64,000 nt of DNA from Gordius albopunctatus (taxonomy: Eukaryota): assembly GCA_964276515.1 (NCBI GenBank), contig OZ193910.1:1302001-1366000 (forward strand), in the 5' to 3' direction. Of this stretch, positions 13,554 to 26,014 are shown piece by piece. The notes below the pieces were generated by a model. The model ran no database searches. It was not told the origin of the DNA and saw only the letters and a program-made list of their open reading frames with translations. The stretch's first letter is position 1, and every line of letters starts with the position of its first letter. Both the position numbers and the translations under genes were made by a program.

Positions 13554-14918
13554 TTTGTGGCTGTTTTAAAATGACAAACCTACATAACCGTTAAAATACT
13601 TTTAATACTAAACCCGTTACTATAATTGTCTGAGCCGCCCGAGACAGGCTTTTTTTACACTTCAAAGCCAATCCGTATCCATATGTGGTTTGGGTTTTTT
13701 TGTCCGTCCGTGAACTAAACCTGACCGCACCTCTAGTTACCAGAACATCCTCCAGAAGTGCAGATCCCTTGTTTTTCTAATAAAGCATTTGAATTTTATT
13801 AAAGAAAGCAGCCGTTATTAATTCTTTACTGTTATATAGTCTACTAAATTACGGTAAATTAAAACCATAATGCAAAATACTGTTTGTACGTTATATTAGT
13901 TTATATCAACATGAAAATTACAAAAGGAATAAAAATCATCTTTGGCTTGTTTTTACAAGACAAATTAAGTTAAATTTTTGGCAAGAAACTTGATTAGGTA
14001 TTCTTTAAACTTCTGCATGGAGTGTATTCATCATTTATTTGAAGTTGGGGATAAAAATTCTTCTTCTCTTTCCATATAAAGATTAACTTTGACGAGATTA
14101 ATTAAGTTCATTAATAGGAAGTGTGTTGAAATTTCAATAACACGTTAACTCCTCAAGTCGCAACTGAGATGGCGAAGTGCAACACTCGGCGACTCTATAA
14201 TATTTACACATATGAATAGACTATAGTCTGTTTTACCTTAGTTAACAGTTATAATGTAAACGCATGACGAGAATGTTACATAGCAATGAGCGTTTTTAAA
14301 ATTCGTTCAGCATTGGAAATCGTTGAACCTAAAGGAAATAAGAAATAAAATAGGTAAAAGTTGGATAGGTAAGCGTTTAATATCCATTTAGTTGTTAGGG
14401 AAATAGCTTTTACCAAAGAAAGTAATTGTTGTTTGAAAACGAAGATGGAATATTCCATCTTTCGCTATATTGTCTAAACGGCAATTAGCTTTCAATATAT
14501 TAATACCAAATATTGAAATCGTACCCTCCGATTTTAACGGTAGATTTTTGTTTGAAGCTTATACTTTTCTAGCAAACACATGGTCACGCAATTGTTCTAC
14601 TCCGACATACTTGGGCCAATATGACAATTTTCATTTAATTAATATTAAATTCCATTCCATCTGATGATGCCTTTTTGTTAAGCAAATTATTACAGATTTA
14701 ATCCAACAAAGATATTTATAGATTCCACACATTTTACGTTTACTGCTCCATGGTTGTTTGAAATTTAGAATAATTTTCAGAGAATCCAGAGTTTTTTTAG
14801 AGATTACATAAGTTGTACAGAGTCATTTTTCTTAAAATTCGAATAAATCTTAACGGATTACGTAAAACCAAGCCTCTGATGCCTTTAAACGGGTTCTAAA
14901 ATTTACTATTTGGAAGTT

Positions 14919-15092
14919 CATGGGCGTAACCAAGGGGGGGGGGGAGAGAGACAGGAAGGGGCACCTGCTCCCTCTACATCTTAAAATTTGTTTAACTTTT
15001 TAAAATATGGCTAAAATTTCAAAAAATGATCATTTTGCTCCTCCTTAAATCATTATTGCCCCTTTCTAATTCCAATGCTAGCAACGCCCATG
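14919..15092. mobile_element. hAT-type MITE (CATGGGCGTAGCC family)
   Basis: catgggcgtaacc...gcaacgcccatg TIRs with TSD tggaagtt / tggaaggt. Confidence 0.85.
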
Positions 15093-16002
15093 TGGAAGGT
15101 ACTGCCCAAGATGGTTCAACAACGAAAAGCGATGGGTTTGTTTAGCGGCGTATAAAATTTAAGCTCCAAGGTATCTAAAAAACGTAAACATGCAATTCTA
15201 TAATTTGCTACAGGATGCTAAACAAGTGCGCAGTTTAACATTGACCCGCATCCACACCGGTTATGTGTAATTGCGTATGGCACATACTTGATGTTCAAGT
15301 GTTACAAGAAACAATTTCCCCATATATCAATGCGCTAAAGAGGTCCGTTAGCAAAGGTTAAATTTGATAAAGCAATTTGTTTCATCTTTATTTTCACTCT
15401 GTAATTTTTCATGTTTCTAAAACAGCATATCATCCTCACTCTGCTGTCGCTCATAATGTCAACCATACAAATTCGTTCAGACTATTGCGCAGGAGGTATT
15501 TCTCATAAGCTTTTTTTAAATCTAAGTTAAGGTTTTTAAATAGTTTTTTGTGTTTAATATATCTAAATGTTCCACAAAATTTGCTATTTAAAAACTTAAT
15601 ATAACATTCAGCTAAATTTGCTTATGGAGAAGTGCTAGTTTTAATCTAATCTTTCCTTGTACGCAGTTTATACAAGTCAAATAGTGATATACGAATCATG
15701 TGGCATCCCATGCCAAACTGATGCAATAGAAAAGACTGCTAGGGTTTGTTTCGATACGGAAAACAATTTGTGTATATGCCCTAATGAATTCTACGGCGAG
15801 AGACAGTGTACTTGCTAACCCCAACTCTAAAGTGCGATTTTTAAGCTCTTACAGTTTAAAAAAAGGATTTTACAAATGGAACACCTTATATCTCAGATTA
15901 AATTTTGATGCTTTAGAGATAAGAGTAAGAATAAAGATTAGAAATTAGGTAAAGCAAAATAATGAGTTGAACAGTTTTCTACCATGTTGATAAGACACTC
16001 GT

Positions 16003-16201
16003 TAGAGACCTGCACGGGTGACCCGAAAATCGACCCGACCCGACCCAGACCCGGGTTGAAAATTTCGAAATGCGTTCGAGTCGGGTCGGGTAGGGCTCGG
16101 GTTGAAAAATTAAAAATTCTTTCGGGTCGGGCTCGGATTAAAAATTTTAAAAAAAATTTGGGTCAAGCGGGTTGAAAAAAAAGTTACTTTGCAGTTCTCT
16201 T
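16003..16201. mobile_element. hAT-type MITE (TAGAGACCTGCA, ACCCG/CGGGT repeat family)
   Basis: tagagacctgca...tgcagttctct ends and acccg/cgggt arrays. The TSD is degenerate. Confidence 0.7.
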
Positions 16202-17043
16202 ACTTTTGTTATAATTTTATTTTATATAGATGATAAATATCAAAAAGGGTTTTTTAAATTCAGAATCTGCCGTTTCTTAAAAAAACACCTGTGTAGTTGT
16301 AATTTTCATATTATTTTTGGGGGTAAACAATCTATGATTTTTTATATGAAAAATAATTGAACAGTACTAGTCAATCTAACCTCTAACTAAATTAACCAGA
16401 ACAAAATTTAGAATTTTATGAACCTTAACTAATAATGGTTTTCAAGTTGTGTTGTTCAGAATTTATTTTTTTATCTTGTGTATTAAATGCTAAACCACAA
16501 AACAATGTTTATTTTTAATGCACTTCAGTATAATGTATTAACTTTTTTAAAGACCATAATCAATATTTTGAAGCAATAAATAAGATTTTCTGGTCATTAA
16601 TCACTAAAACCATGCAATAAAATGAATTAGGTAAAAACTGGGCTTGAAAAGTGTTTCTGATTATGTTTTGAATAAACAAATTTATTTATACATGTTTATA
16701 TAACTCATTAATTGATAATTAATTAACCAACATTTAATACATAATAGATCATGGAACATCAATGCATTCAATGTCCAAACACATGCCCTATACAGTCAAC
16801 TACAATTACTTTTTATAATAAAAATATGACAAATTCTTGAATAAACATCAAAATGTTTTTAATACTATAATATTTATTATTTAGTGCAAATTATTGATAA
16901 AAATTTGAGAAATTTTGTTAAAAAAGTGTATAAAAAATAATTTATTAAATATGAAACATATAAAACTGTTATATAAATACAATTGGATTTATGACTCAAA
17001 TGTCTGAGCAAATAAAAAACAAATGTTCAAACAAAAGTATATT

Positions 17044-17688
17044 TTAAAATAACAAATCACAATTTTGACAAGATTTTTTTATTATCTCTTGAATTGATTT
17101 AAATTTGGGATGGTCAGCATCCTTTATTAATGACAATATAATACTTTCACTTGTTGTTATATTTATTTTTTTGGCAGAAAGATATTTCAATGAAACATTT
17201 CTATAATTTATATTTAATAAAAATGTTGGTCATACCTATCTAAAAGACTTCTCGAAGATGTTGCATCACAAACTACATATACATTATGTTTATCAACTAA
17301 ATCCAAAGCTGTTTGCTGAATACAAGCATGAGTCTCAATACCACACAAAATAATGTTGGTAAAATCAGTATTTTTTCCCAAGTAATTGCAAATTGGATCA
17401 ATACACATAGAAAGTTGCGTCTTTTCATATATCTTTAATCCTTCAATATTAAGTTCAGAAACCGTTTTACCTAAGCCTACAAGAATTAAAATATAAGAAT
17501 GTAATTTTGCCTTTGGGGTAATGTTCAGTTACAATAATTGGGACGTTTAGTAATTTAGCTGCCAATAATATTTTATTGGTATTTAAAATAATATCTGAAA
17601 AATGAACAACAGTTTTGCGAAACTTTTCCTGCATATCACATAATAGTACCAATGCATTATTTACAAATAATTTGGACGGTTTAACCAT
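17044..17688 (-). CDS. Isochorismatase domain-containing protein (ISOC1/ISOC2-like), copy A, 191 aa; exons 17688-17511, 17476-17236, 17200-17044
   Basis: Spliced product contains LLCDMQEKFR, TEHYPKGLGKTV, KTQLSMC, CGIETHACIQQTALDL, DATSSR, TTSESII and HPKFKSIQ. 576 nt in frame. An alternative ATG lies at 17697. Confidence 0.92.
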
Positions 17689-17794
17689 GGTTAACATAGA
17701 ATCAATTACACCACCATTATCTTCCAAATCTCGAATAGTTTAAAAGATGTATTACTTATATTATCCACGAATATAATACAGCCATTTTCTTTTA

Positions 17795-18860
17795 ATTTGA
17801 ATATCTTGAATCCCCTCCCGCACACTAATAGGAGAGAAAAGGGTTGTAGCGGCACTATCCCCAAATAGGGGTAAAATATAAGGCCAAATACATTTATTAA
17901 TACTGAAAGTAAAAAATTACAAGAGAATAATTCTATATGAATTAACGTGTATATATACACCATTTAAGGTGATATTAATATGCATAATGTATAAATATTT
18001 TCGTATATTCAAATTGATATAATGTATATGTATTTTCATTATGTAATTACGTGGGTGAATAATAACTTACGTAAATTTGTGTATTCAAATTATAACGATT
18101 TGAAAGGCGCCATAGGGTGATCAATCAAAGCTTGTGAGAAAGAGAACTCCTTTTCCTTCTCCTTCCTTCGCATGCAACTTATTTCCTCCATTGCCATGTA
18201 TGTTTTCGCCACCCTTGTATTTGACCGTGCACCTTTTTTATAATTGATGGTTTTTGTCAGAAGTTTGTAGATTTTTCTGCTAATATTTTTGATAACGGAT
18301 AAACAATTTTAAAAAAAGAAAAAAAACTTGTCGGAAATTCATATTATAGAGTGAGATTTTTATTAAATTTTTTGATAATATTTTTAAGGTTAATTAAAAT
18401 ATTTTTTTGATTATTTAGTAAATAAGCTTTTAAAATTGTTCATTCTAATTTTTTACCCAATTTAATAAAGCTTATATTTTATGTAAAAAATGTAATAATA
18501 AATTTATTTTTTAAAACAACCTTAAAATGGCATTCAAACTTCTTACCAATTTTGTGATGTATATGCTATTGTCAAAAGTTTTATATTTTTAAACTAAAAA
18601 ATAATAGTGTTTTATTCAAAATTCCACGTAATAATATTAAAATTTTGGCCACGTTTTTTATCAACAAATTTGGCAAAAAGGTCGACAAATTTTAGACAAA
18701 CCTACCAAATTATAAAAATGTGAAGGGTCAATTGCAAGAGTGGCGAAAATACACACAAAGTAATGGAAGGAGTAAGTTACATGCTAAGTAGGAAGAGGAA
18801 ACGAGTTGATCAGCCTTTTGTCTCCTACTAGTGTGCGGGAGGGGAGTCAAGATAGTTAAA
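17795..18860. mobile_element. Foldback/MITE-like element with long imperfect TIRs
   Basis: tcttgaatcccctcccgcacactaataggag (about 17804) is inverted at about 18820-18852, and 18145-18226 is inverted at 18725-18808. The left TIR is interrupted by about 270 bp. Confidence 0.7.
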
Positions 18861-19561
18861 TATAAAACGTTGTAAAAAGAAACTGATACACTAACGTAAT
18901 AATAATTAAACCACCAATTATTTTAATTCCAAATTGATACCATTTTCATAAATAATATATCCGTCCCCATCTTAGTGTCTGTAAGCTATTTAATAATCAT
19001 TCTTACCGAAACATTTTTACATTTTATCTTGACGTTTTAAACAAATTGACTAAAAAATTCGACTCTTGTTACACTTTTTGGCAGTCACATAAACTGGCCC
19101 TAGCAACACGGCATGAAATATCATATTGCCTAGTTTATTCTATGGGTGCGATACCGGTCACTTAAAAGTCCAACCTTCTATACGGTGTAGATTAAATGAA
19201 CAAAATTCTAAGGATGGTTTGCATCCAGATGGAATCAGCAACGTAATTTAAACCCTTTTAAAAATCCCTCCCAAATCATCCCACTTCATAGTATTTTGAT
19301 CTTTCTCGGTCTCGAAAGCAAAGTCTCATCTAGTCTCGGGTTGGAAAAATCTTTGTCTCGTCTCGACGAGAATTCTCGACATGTTTCGACTTTTGCAATT
19401 TTTTTAAACTCTATAAATTTTTCTCCTATTTTTTTTTAAATATAATACAAATTAAAAAATAACAATGGCTAACCATTTTTTATTCAAAATTATAATGAAC
19501 ATGCATGTTATTTTATCGCTTCTGCACTACTTTAATAAATATTATCCGTTTTTATATTTTA

Positions 19562-20609
19562 CTAGATGGATCGGCAAACGTTGTTTTGCCATTTACCCGG
19601 GTGTATTAAATTATGTTGGAATTTTAGGGCATATATGATAATAAAGCGGTTATTGAAGTAAAAATAAAGTTGGATGTCTATATGTTCTACTTATATTGTT
19701 CTATTTCCATATAATAGATTAAGAATATATCAAATATAATTGGTAAGTGTTTATTATGCAAAATTTTTTAAACAAATAGTTAAAGGGGGTCCAAGGCCCA
19801 GGTCCACCCAAGAGAGAAAACCTGGACCCATGGCCCCCCACCCCAAGGGAAAAATCTTTGGCCCCCTGGCCCTTCAAGTAATTTTTTTTATTTTTTTGTA
19901 ATTAAGAAACAATATCATAATTATTTTTTTCTGAATAAAACTTTTAATTCTGAACTTAATAATGTCGGAAGAACTGAGATATATCAAAATTTATTGGCAC
20001 TTTGATAATTGTATTTTCATTTTTCTCCATATTTAACGCGCAAAAAATTACAAAATTACATTTTTGATTTTATTTAGCCATGCAGAAGGAGACACGACCG
20101 TCATATAATAATAATAATTGACGTGAAAAATAAGCAAATAAATGACTTTGATTCAAAAATTTAGGAATTTAGTAGTCGAAGACCTTTTTTTTGCTCTCAT
20201 GAAAATTTTTGGATAGTCGAGAAATTTTTTTTAATCTGCCCCCCCCCCCCCAATTCAAAACCTGCGTACGCCCATGCTTTGATTTAATGTTTCAAATCGT
20301 AAAAAGTAACCTACCTACACGCATGACATTTTAGAAAATACTACAAGTGATACACTTTTACTAAAGAACTGTATATTCAAATTTTCAAATAACACGATGA
20401 GGTTGCATTTGATTGACATTCCATTAACGTCAAAATGTATAAAACAAACTCGAAAACTACTGCACCGATTTGGCTCGAACAAATCTTAAAACATGCTCCT
20501 GAGTGTCAGGAATAAACTGTGAAATTTTGAGCCAAATTGGTCTGGTAGTTTTCCAAAATTGGTGGCGGCATACATACATACACACATAGTTACATTTTTA
20601 TTTATAAGA
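19562..20609 (-). mobile_element. Non-autonomous Helitron
   Basis: Minus strand starts A|TCTTATAAATAAAA and ends with hairpin GGCAAAACAACGTTTGCC followed by CTAG|T. Confidence 0.85.
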
Positions 20610-21225
20610 TATCTGTTTTTATAAAGTTAATAATCTCAAATAGAATTAAATAATAAAAAAAGGGTATTAGTACTCTTGTCTCTTACAATAAAATGTATAA
20701 AGTTACATATTTATCAATTAATAAAATGAACAGTTTCTATAATATGGGCAGATTCTAAAAAATATCATTATTACAGAGCTATTTTGTCTGCGCTACATAC
20801 AAAAAATTTCTTAGTTTAAAATTTGAGACACACTAAATTGTGGGTTAGCCTTTATTTAATTCAACATATTTGAAGGGGTTGGGACCCTTAATTAGCAAGG
20901 ACAAAAATCAGTAATGCTTTTAGGTCAATGTTTTAAACATCTTCTATAACTATATCAGCTCGCTTCTAAAGAATTCATGTAATTATTATTATAACTGATT
21001 ATTATATTGTCATAGCAACCACAAAGGTGCATGTGGGTATTCTTCATCACTATCCATAACATAGATAATTAGTTGTACACATTATAAAGTTGTGATAAAA
21101 CCGATAAAAGTAGCATTGTTACTAAATTAGTAACACAATAAAATTAATGTTTCAATAAATTTTTTTTTATCGATAGAAGTTTATTTCCAAATAATTATGT
21201 AAGTTATATACTAAAATATATTAAA

Positions 21226-22051
21226 CTAGCTGTGCCCGGCCAAGCGTTGCTTTGGCTCAGTCCTTAAGTGTTAAATAAGTATAACATATTAATAAGACTA
21301 CTTATCTAAAATGGGGTCATATATGAAATAATAATTCAAATAAATAAAATATCCATAATATTTATTTAAACCACGAATTTTATCACGTCATGGATTTTTA
21401 GTATATATATAATAGGACAAATCAAATGCGAATTCTGTTTTAGTCCTCAAATCCCACTAAAATTAAATGTTTTGAAAAAGTTGCTGATCAATGCTGTTAC
21501 TTATTATACAATAATACCATTATTTTATTTTTATATTTCGCTGATTTATTGGAAATACAATTTTCTTTAATATAATAAAATAATTAATTGAAGGATGGAT
21601 AATTATTAAAAATATGCTTCCATGATCGACCACGTGATAATAATTTAAATATTATTTATTTAATTTAAATAGTTGGTAAAACATCAATAATTTTGACCGT
21701 AGACTGTAAATGCTGCTATGAATTAAACTGGCCGGGAAATGTCCGATATTTTTAAAACGAAAAGGTATTTTAGGATTCTGAAAAAGCTATTTTATCCCTG
21801 GCATCCCTGGGCATCTACGGCTAAATTTTCGCGCAAATCGGGCCGGTAGTTTTAGAATTAAGCTATTTTTTAAAACTAAAAGGCCCATATTTTTAAAACT
21901 AAAAGGAATTTTAGGATTCTGGAAAAACTATTTTACCCCTGGCCGCCCTGGGCATCTACGGGTAAAGTTTCGCGCGAATCGGGCCGGTAGTTTCAGAATT
22001 TAGCCCTTACATCCATACACACATACATAGACTTTACTTTATATATATAGA
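21226..22051 (-). mobile_element. Non-autonomous Helitron with an internal tandem duplication (about 21745-22000)
   Basis: Minus strand starts A|TCTATATATAT and ends with hairpin GCCAAAGCAACGCTTGGC followed by CTAG|T. Confidence 0.88.
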
Positions 22052-23179
22052 TTAATAATCTGGCATCGAGACATGGATTGAGATTTGCACGTATGTCATT
22101 TCATAACAAATACTTTTCCATTCAAATAGTAAACGATTCTTTTATAGTGTAAAACCATATTATATTATTGCCATAAAATATATATTTATTAATAAAGCTT
22201 GTAAATGGTAAAACAAATGTATATGAGATTTGTCGCTTGAGTTGAATTATAAATCTTGGCAGACTCACGATTAATTCAAACAGTGAGAGATGCTCTTGAA
22301 AAAGATCGTTCGTAAGGCACAGAAATCTTTAGGGTGCTCTAAAAACCCTTAGACATTTAGCCCATTTCATAGAAGTACTTTGTTTAATTAACAATTCAAA
22401 ATGTCAAGTCATCAGATAGGATGGCCGTGTTGCGAAATTTGAAAATGTTTTAGTACATATTACTTACCACTTTATCACAACTAATTTGTGTTCCTATTAT
22501 ATTAATGCTCAAAATAAGAATAAAGGGTAACTCATATTTTATTGAACTAGCTAAAATTACTAAAATTCAAATTTTAAGCGGATATAGACTTGTAATTTAA
22601 AAATATCCAATATAATTGTATTATATGCATTTAACATTTAATATGTGAATCATCCAAATAGAAATTTTAACTAAATTTACTACATAGGATTATAATGGCC
22701 AAATAAAAAATTTTAAGCCGAGATCTCAAAAATAAAATCTCGCCTTGTCCCATCTCGAGATCGAAATTCTCGTCTTGATCTCGACTCAATTTTTTAATTC
22801 TCGTCTCGATCTTTTAAGAATAGACCTTCTCGGTTTTTCCGCATCATTATCGCTTCAATGAAATTTTTGGGGCATTAGAATTTCTTTGAGGTTGATCTTA
22901 TGCACTCCCTCTATTAAGAAATCCGAAAGGCAGAGAATTCTGGATTTATAAAACTTTTCGTGATCTATTAATCACGAATGGAGTTCAAAATTCCCCCATT
23001 ATGCAAAATAGAATGAAGGGCTTTTTAAGATTCCCATTTCCCCATAAATTCTCTCCTGGTGGATTAACCGCAACTAATTACCAACCTACCTCCACATACC
23101 CTCAAATCACTTTGGTAAAGGAATATCACTATTTTGCAGTTTACAATATTATAATTGTATTTTTAATATTTTTTATCGC

Positions 23180-25050
23180 AAGAGATCTACACGGGCAGCC
23201 CTGTCGTGCGAACGGAGACGGATGGGCTTTAAAATGAAAATATCTTAACGAGCCGAACTCGGACGGGTAAAAAATGTTAAAAAACGGGCTCGAACGGGCC
23301 TAACATTTTGTAAACATTGCTAAAATTTATATAAAAAAAATTATTTTTTGTTAAAAAGTTTATTTTCAAGAAACAAAGTTACATTAATAAGCGAAATACA
23401 AAAATAAAGACATATTGGTTAAATACAAAGATCTATATCATTCTCTTCTAAAATGGGCCATGAGTCGGCAAAGGATTTAAAGTTGTATCGTGTAACAAGA
23501 ATCCTTAGTTGTTGCCTGAGTAAAAAGGACGCAGAAATTTTAGATTTCGGGGTGCGTTTTCCGATTTCTTTAAAAAACCCCATTGCCTGTTTGCCAAAGG
23601 AACCGGAGCACGTGGCAACGACAGGGATAAAAATATTGGATGCCAAAAGGGCAGAATACTTTGTGGTTTTACGCCCTTCTTCTGTAGCGATAGGGTCGTA
23701 ATTAAAATGGGAAGGTGCAAAAAGGTCAATACAAGTAAAATCCCATTTGATGGATAGGCCATTTTGCCAGGGGACTAGAGAAGAGCCGCCAGGCCGCATT
23801 CTACCTTCAATGGAGGGATCGTACGGCTCAAGGATTGAGGGGATTTTTGCCTTTTTAAGGGCAGCTTGAATTAATAAATTAGCTTTAGTGTGCCTAACGT
23901 ATTTATATTTGTTTGCTAGGCAGTGTAGAGGGTGCCTAGCATATTCCTCTACAACGGTAAGGCAGTTTTGACAGTTGAATTCTCTGCTGTAACTAATCCC
24001 CAACCTTAAAGCTATGGAATATGATAGCTCAAAGTCTTCAAGCAGCATTCCCAAAAGTTTGCTGGGATAGGCTTCAAGCCACTCGTGACCGGAACCGTCA
24101 AAAGCGAGGGACCTAAGGTTGTAATGCTGGCTATCATCGCTGCTCGATTAGAAGCACAAAGGGGTTTTAAGAAAAAAAATTCAATTTTTTTCTAAATATT
24201 TATTAGTATTTCAAACAAAAAAATTTTTTATGACGAAATATAATTAAATGACCATAATCCATAAATGCAAATGGTGTTTATATTCATTTAATCATTACAC
24301 TTATTTAGGGATTCTTACCTGTCTTCGCGCTGTATTAATATTAAAAATTTACTCAAATTTTATTTTATATGATTACACTTTTTACTAACTTATTTAAATA
24401 GCTTCTCTAACTATAACTAATTAATGAGGATATTTTATGATTGAATCCAATAATGTTTAAAATGCTTAATAATTAAATTTAGTATTTTAGTTGTTTATAG
24501 CTTTTAATTGGCCTTTAATCAAGAGTACCTTTAGAAACGACTATATGCGATGGGCATGTGGATATTTAATTACAAAAAGATCTTTGACATTTAGCATTCA
24601 TTCGAATTTATAAATGATAACGTTCGAACAAGTCTTATTTTTGTATAAAAATCAGGGTTTAATGTATAATTGTGATGTTGAAAAAATAACTATTCTGAGT
24701 CACTAAAAGATATTTTTTGTGGATTATTTAGCACTAGAGTCTATCTAGGTTGAGCTCTTAGTCTCTTCCTATTCATAATGAATACTAAAAAACTTTTCTA
24801 AATTAGTATCTATTTTTTTAATTTCTAATGATTTCACTTCTGGCAAACATGTTTTAAAATGTTGTTAAATCTTTTGTTTTTTGGGAGGCGATACCATTTT
24901 GTTGCCATTTAAAACCATAAAGATCAATTTTACACCAATCACTTTTTTTACTTTCGGGTCGGGTCCGAGTTGGAAAACGCTTTCGGGTTAAAAATTTTTT
25001 AAAGCATTCGGGTCTGGTCGGGTTGGAAAAAGTGACTTTGCAGGGCTCTA
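23180..25050. mobile_element. Probable non-autonomous hAT element (ACGGG/TCGGG repeat family) containing a CRE fragment
   Basis: Left end (a)agagatctacacggg, right end tttgcagggctcta. No TSD recognised. Confidence 0.5.
23350..24150 (-). mobile_element. 5'-truncated CRE-clade non-LTR retrotransposon (RLE domain + 3' UTR)
   Basis: GSGHEWLEAYPS...C..C...HPLHC...RH...RPGG..PW..G..WDFTC; ORF 23419-24054. Confidence 0.85.
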
Positions 25051-25054
25051 GGGG

Positions 25055-25835
25055 GTAATGGTTAAACTCTAAGCAAGGGGTCAGAGAAATATATACATTT
25101 TTGGTCTAAAAATTAGCCGCCCACACCAACAAAAATGCACAAAAAATTAAGAATCAATTGAGGCACGGAAAAAGGACTAAATGGTTGATCTTTGGTCGAA
25201 GGACGATGATCATTTATTTCCGGCAAAAAAATTATTTTTTGAGCCGAAAACATGTATATTTAAACCAGGGCTTAGCCAGCCTTGGAATTAGAGGGGGGGG
25301 ACAAAATGATCATTTTTTTTTAATTTCAGCCATAATTTTAATAAATTTCAACTAATTTTTGGATTTAGCTCCCCCTTAGCTACGCCCATTTTGAAGCTAA
25401 GATACTAAAAATGCCAAAGCCTGCAGGCACAAATGTGAAAATGAATTTTGGCCTTTAGCAGTGGTCATCTAAAGTAGAAATAAACAACGGTCATCATTAA
25501 TTTGCAAGGGATTATTAAGCCAGTTTCGCAATGATCCATTATAAAGCAACAAGCTAGACAAGATGCCAAAAAGTAAAAAATTTTATAAAAATATTCAGTC
25601 GGCTCACAAAAATAAAAATGGAATTTATACATGGGCGAGGTCGGAAAAATTTAAGCCAACCAACGGTCATTAGTAGCTATTGTATTTGCGAATGCAAAAT
25701 AAATGTCTCTTACGGAAGCATAAGTCCACAGCCCTTAAAAACCCGTAAAGTGTACACAGCAATCATTTAAAAATTACAAGTTTGACAAGATGAAGGGACA
25801 ACAAAAAGCGAGTCCATAAATTGCATAGCAATTAA
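25055..25835. repeat. DINE/HINE-like dispersed repeat, with a nested MITE at about 25266-25389
   Basis: Collinear with 41505-42265 (e.g. aaaatattcagtcgg..cacaaaaataaaaatg..gggcgaggtcggaaaa). Ends ccataaattgcatagcaattaa. Confidence 0.65.
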
Positions 25836-26014
25836 GAAAATCAATCGTTCAGTAAGACTTATTCGCAATACGAAGATCTGCTGTTTTCATGGGAAAAAAT
25901 GTTTAATCAAGTCTTTTCATAGCAATTTGTACAATCATATATGGAAATATTATAATGGTATGGTATAAATTCATTTTCGAGAATTTAATTTTAAAAAGTG
26001 AGATGTATATATTA

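Larger units (their letters stand above)
19289..22849. mobile_element. Older non-autonomous hAT element (TCTCG family) hosting two Helitrons
   Basis: Degenerate ends tagtattttgatc...cgcatcatta, TSD ccacttca / tcgcttca (6/8), TCTCG arrays at both ends. Confidence 0.7.

Noticed and set aside
15984..16360. ORFs of 62-63 aa (also 25971-26159 and 55450-55656)
   Set aside because: Chance frames across hAT subterminal repeat arrays.
17689..17727. Longer N-terminus of ISOC-A from a TTG start (and ISOC-B from 34353)
   Set aside because: These are non-ATG starts from the ORF caller. The paralogues align from ATG 17688 and ATG 34323.
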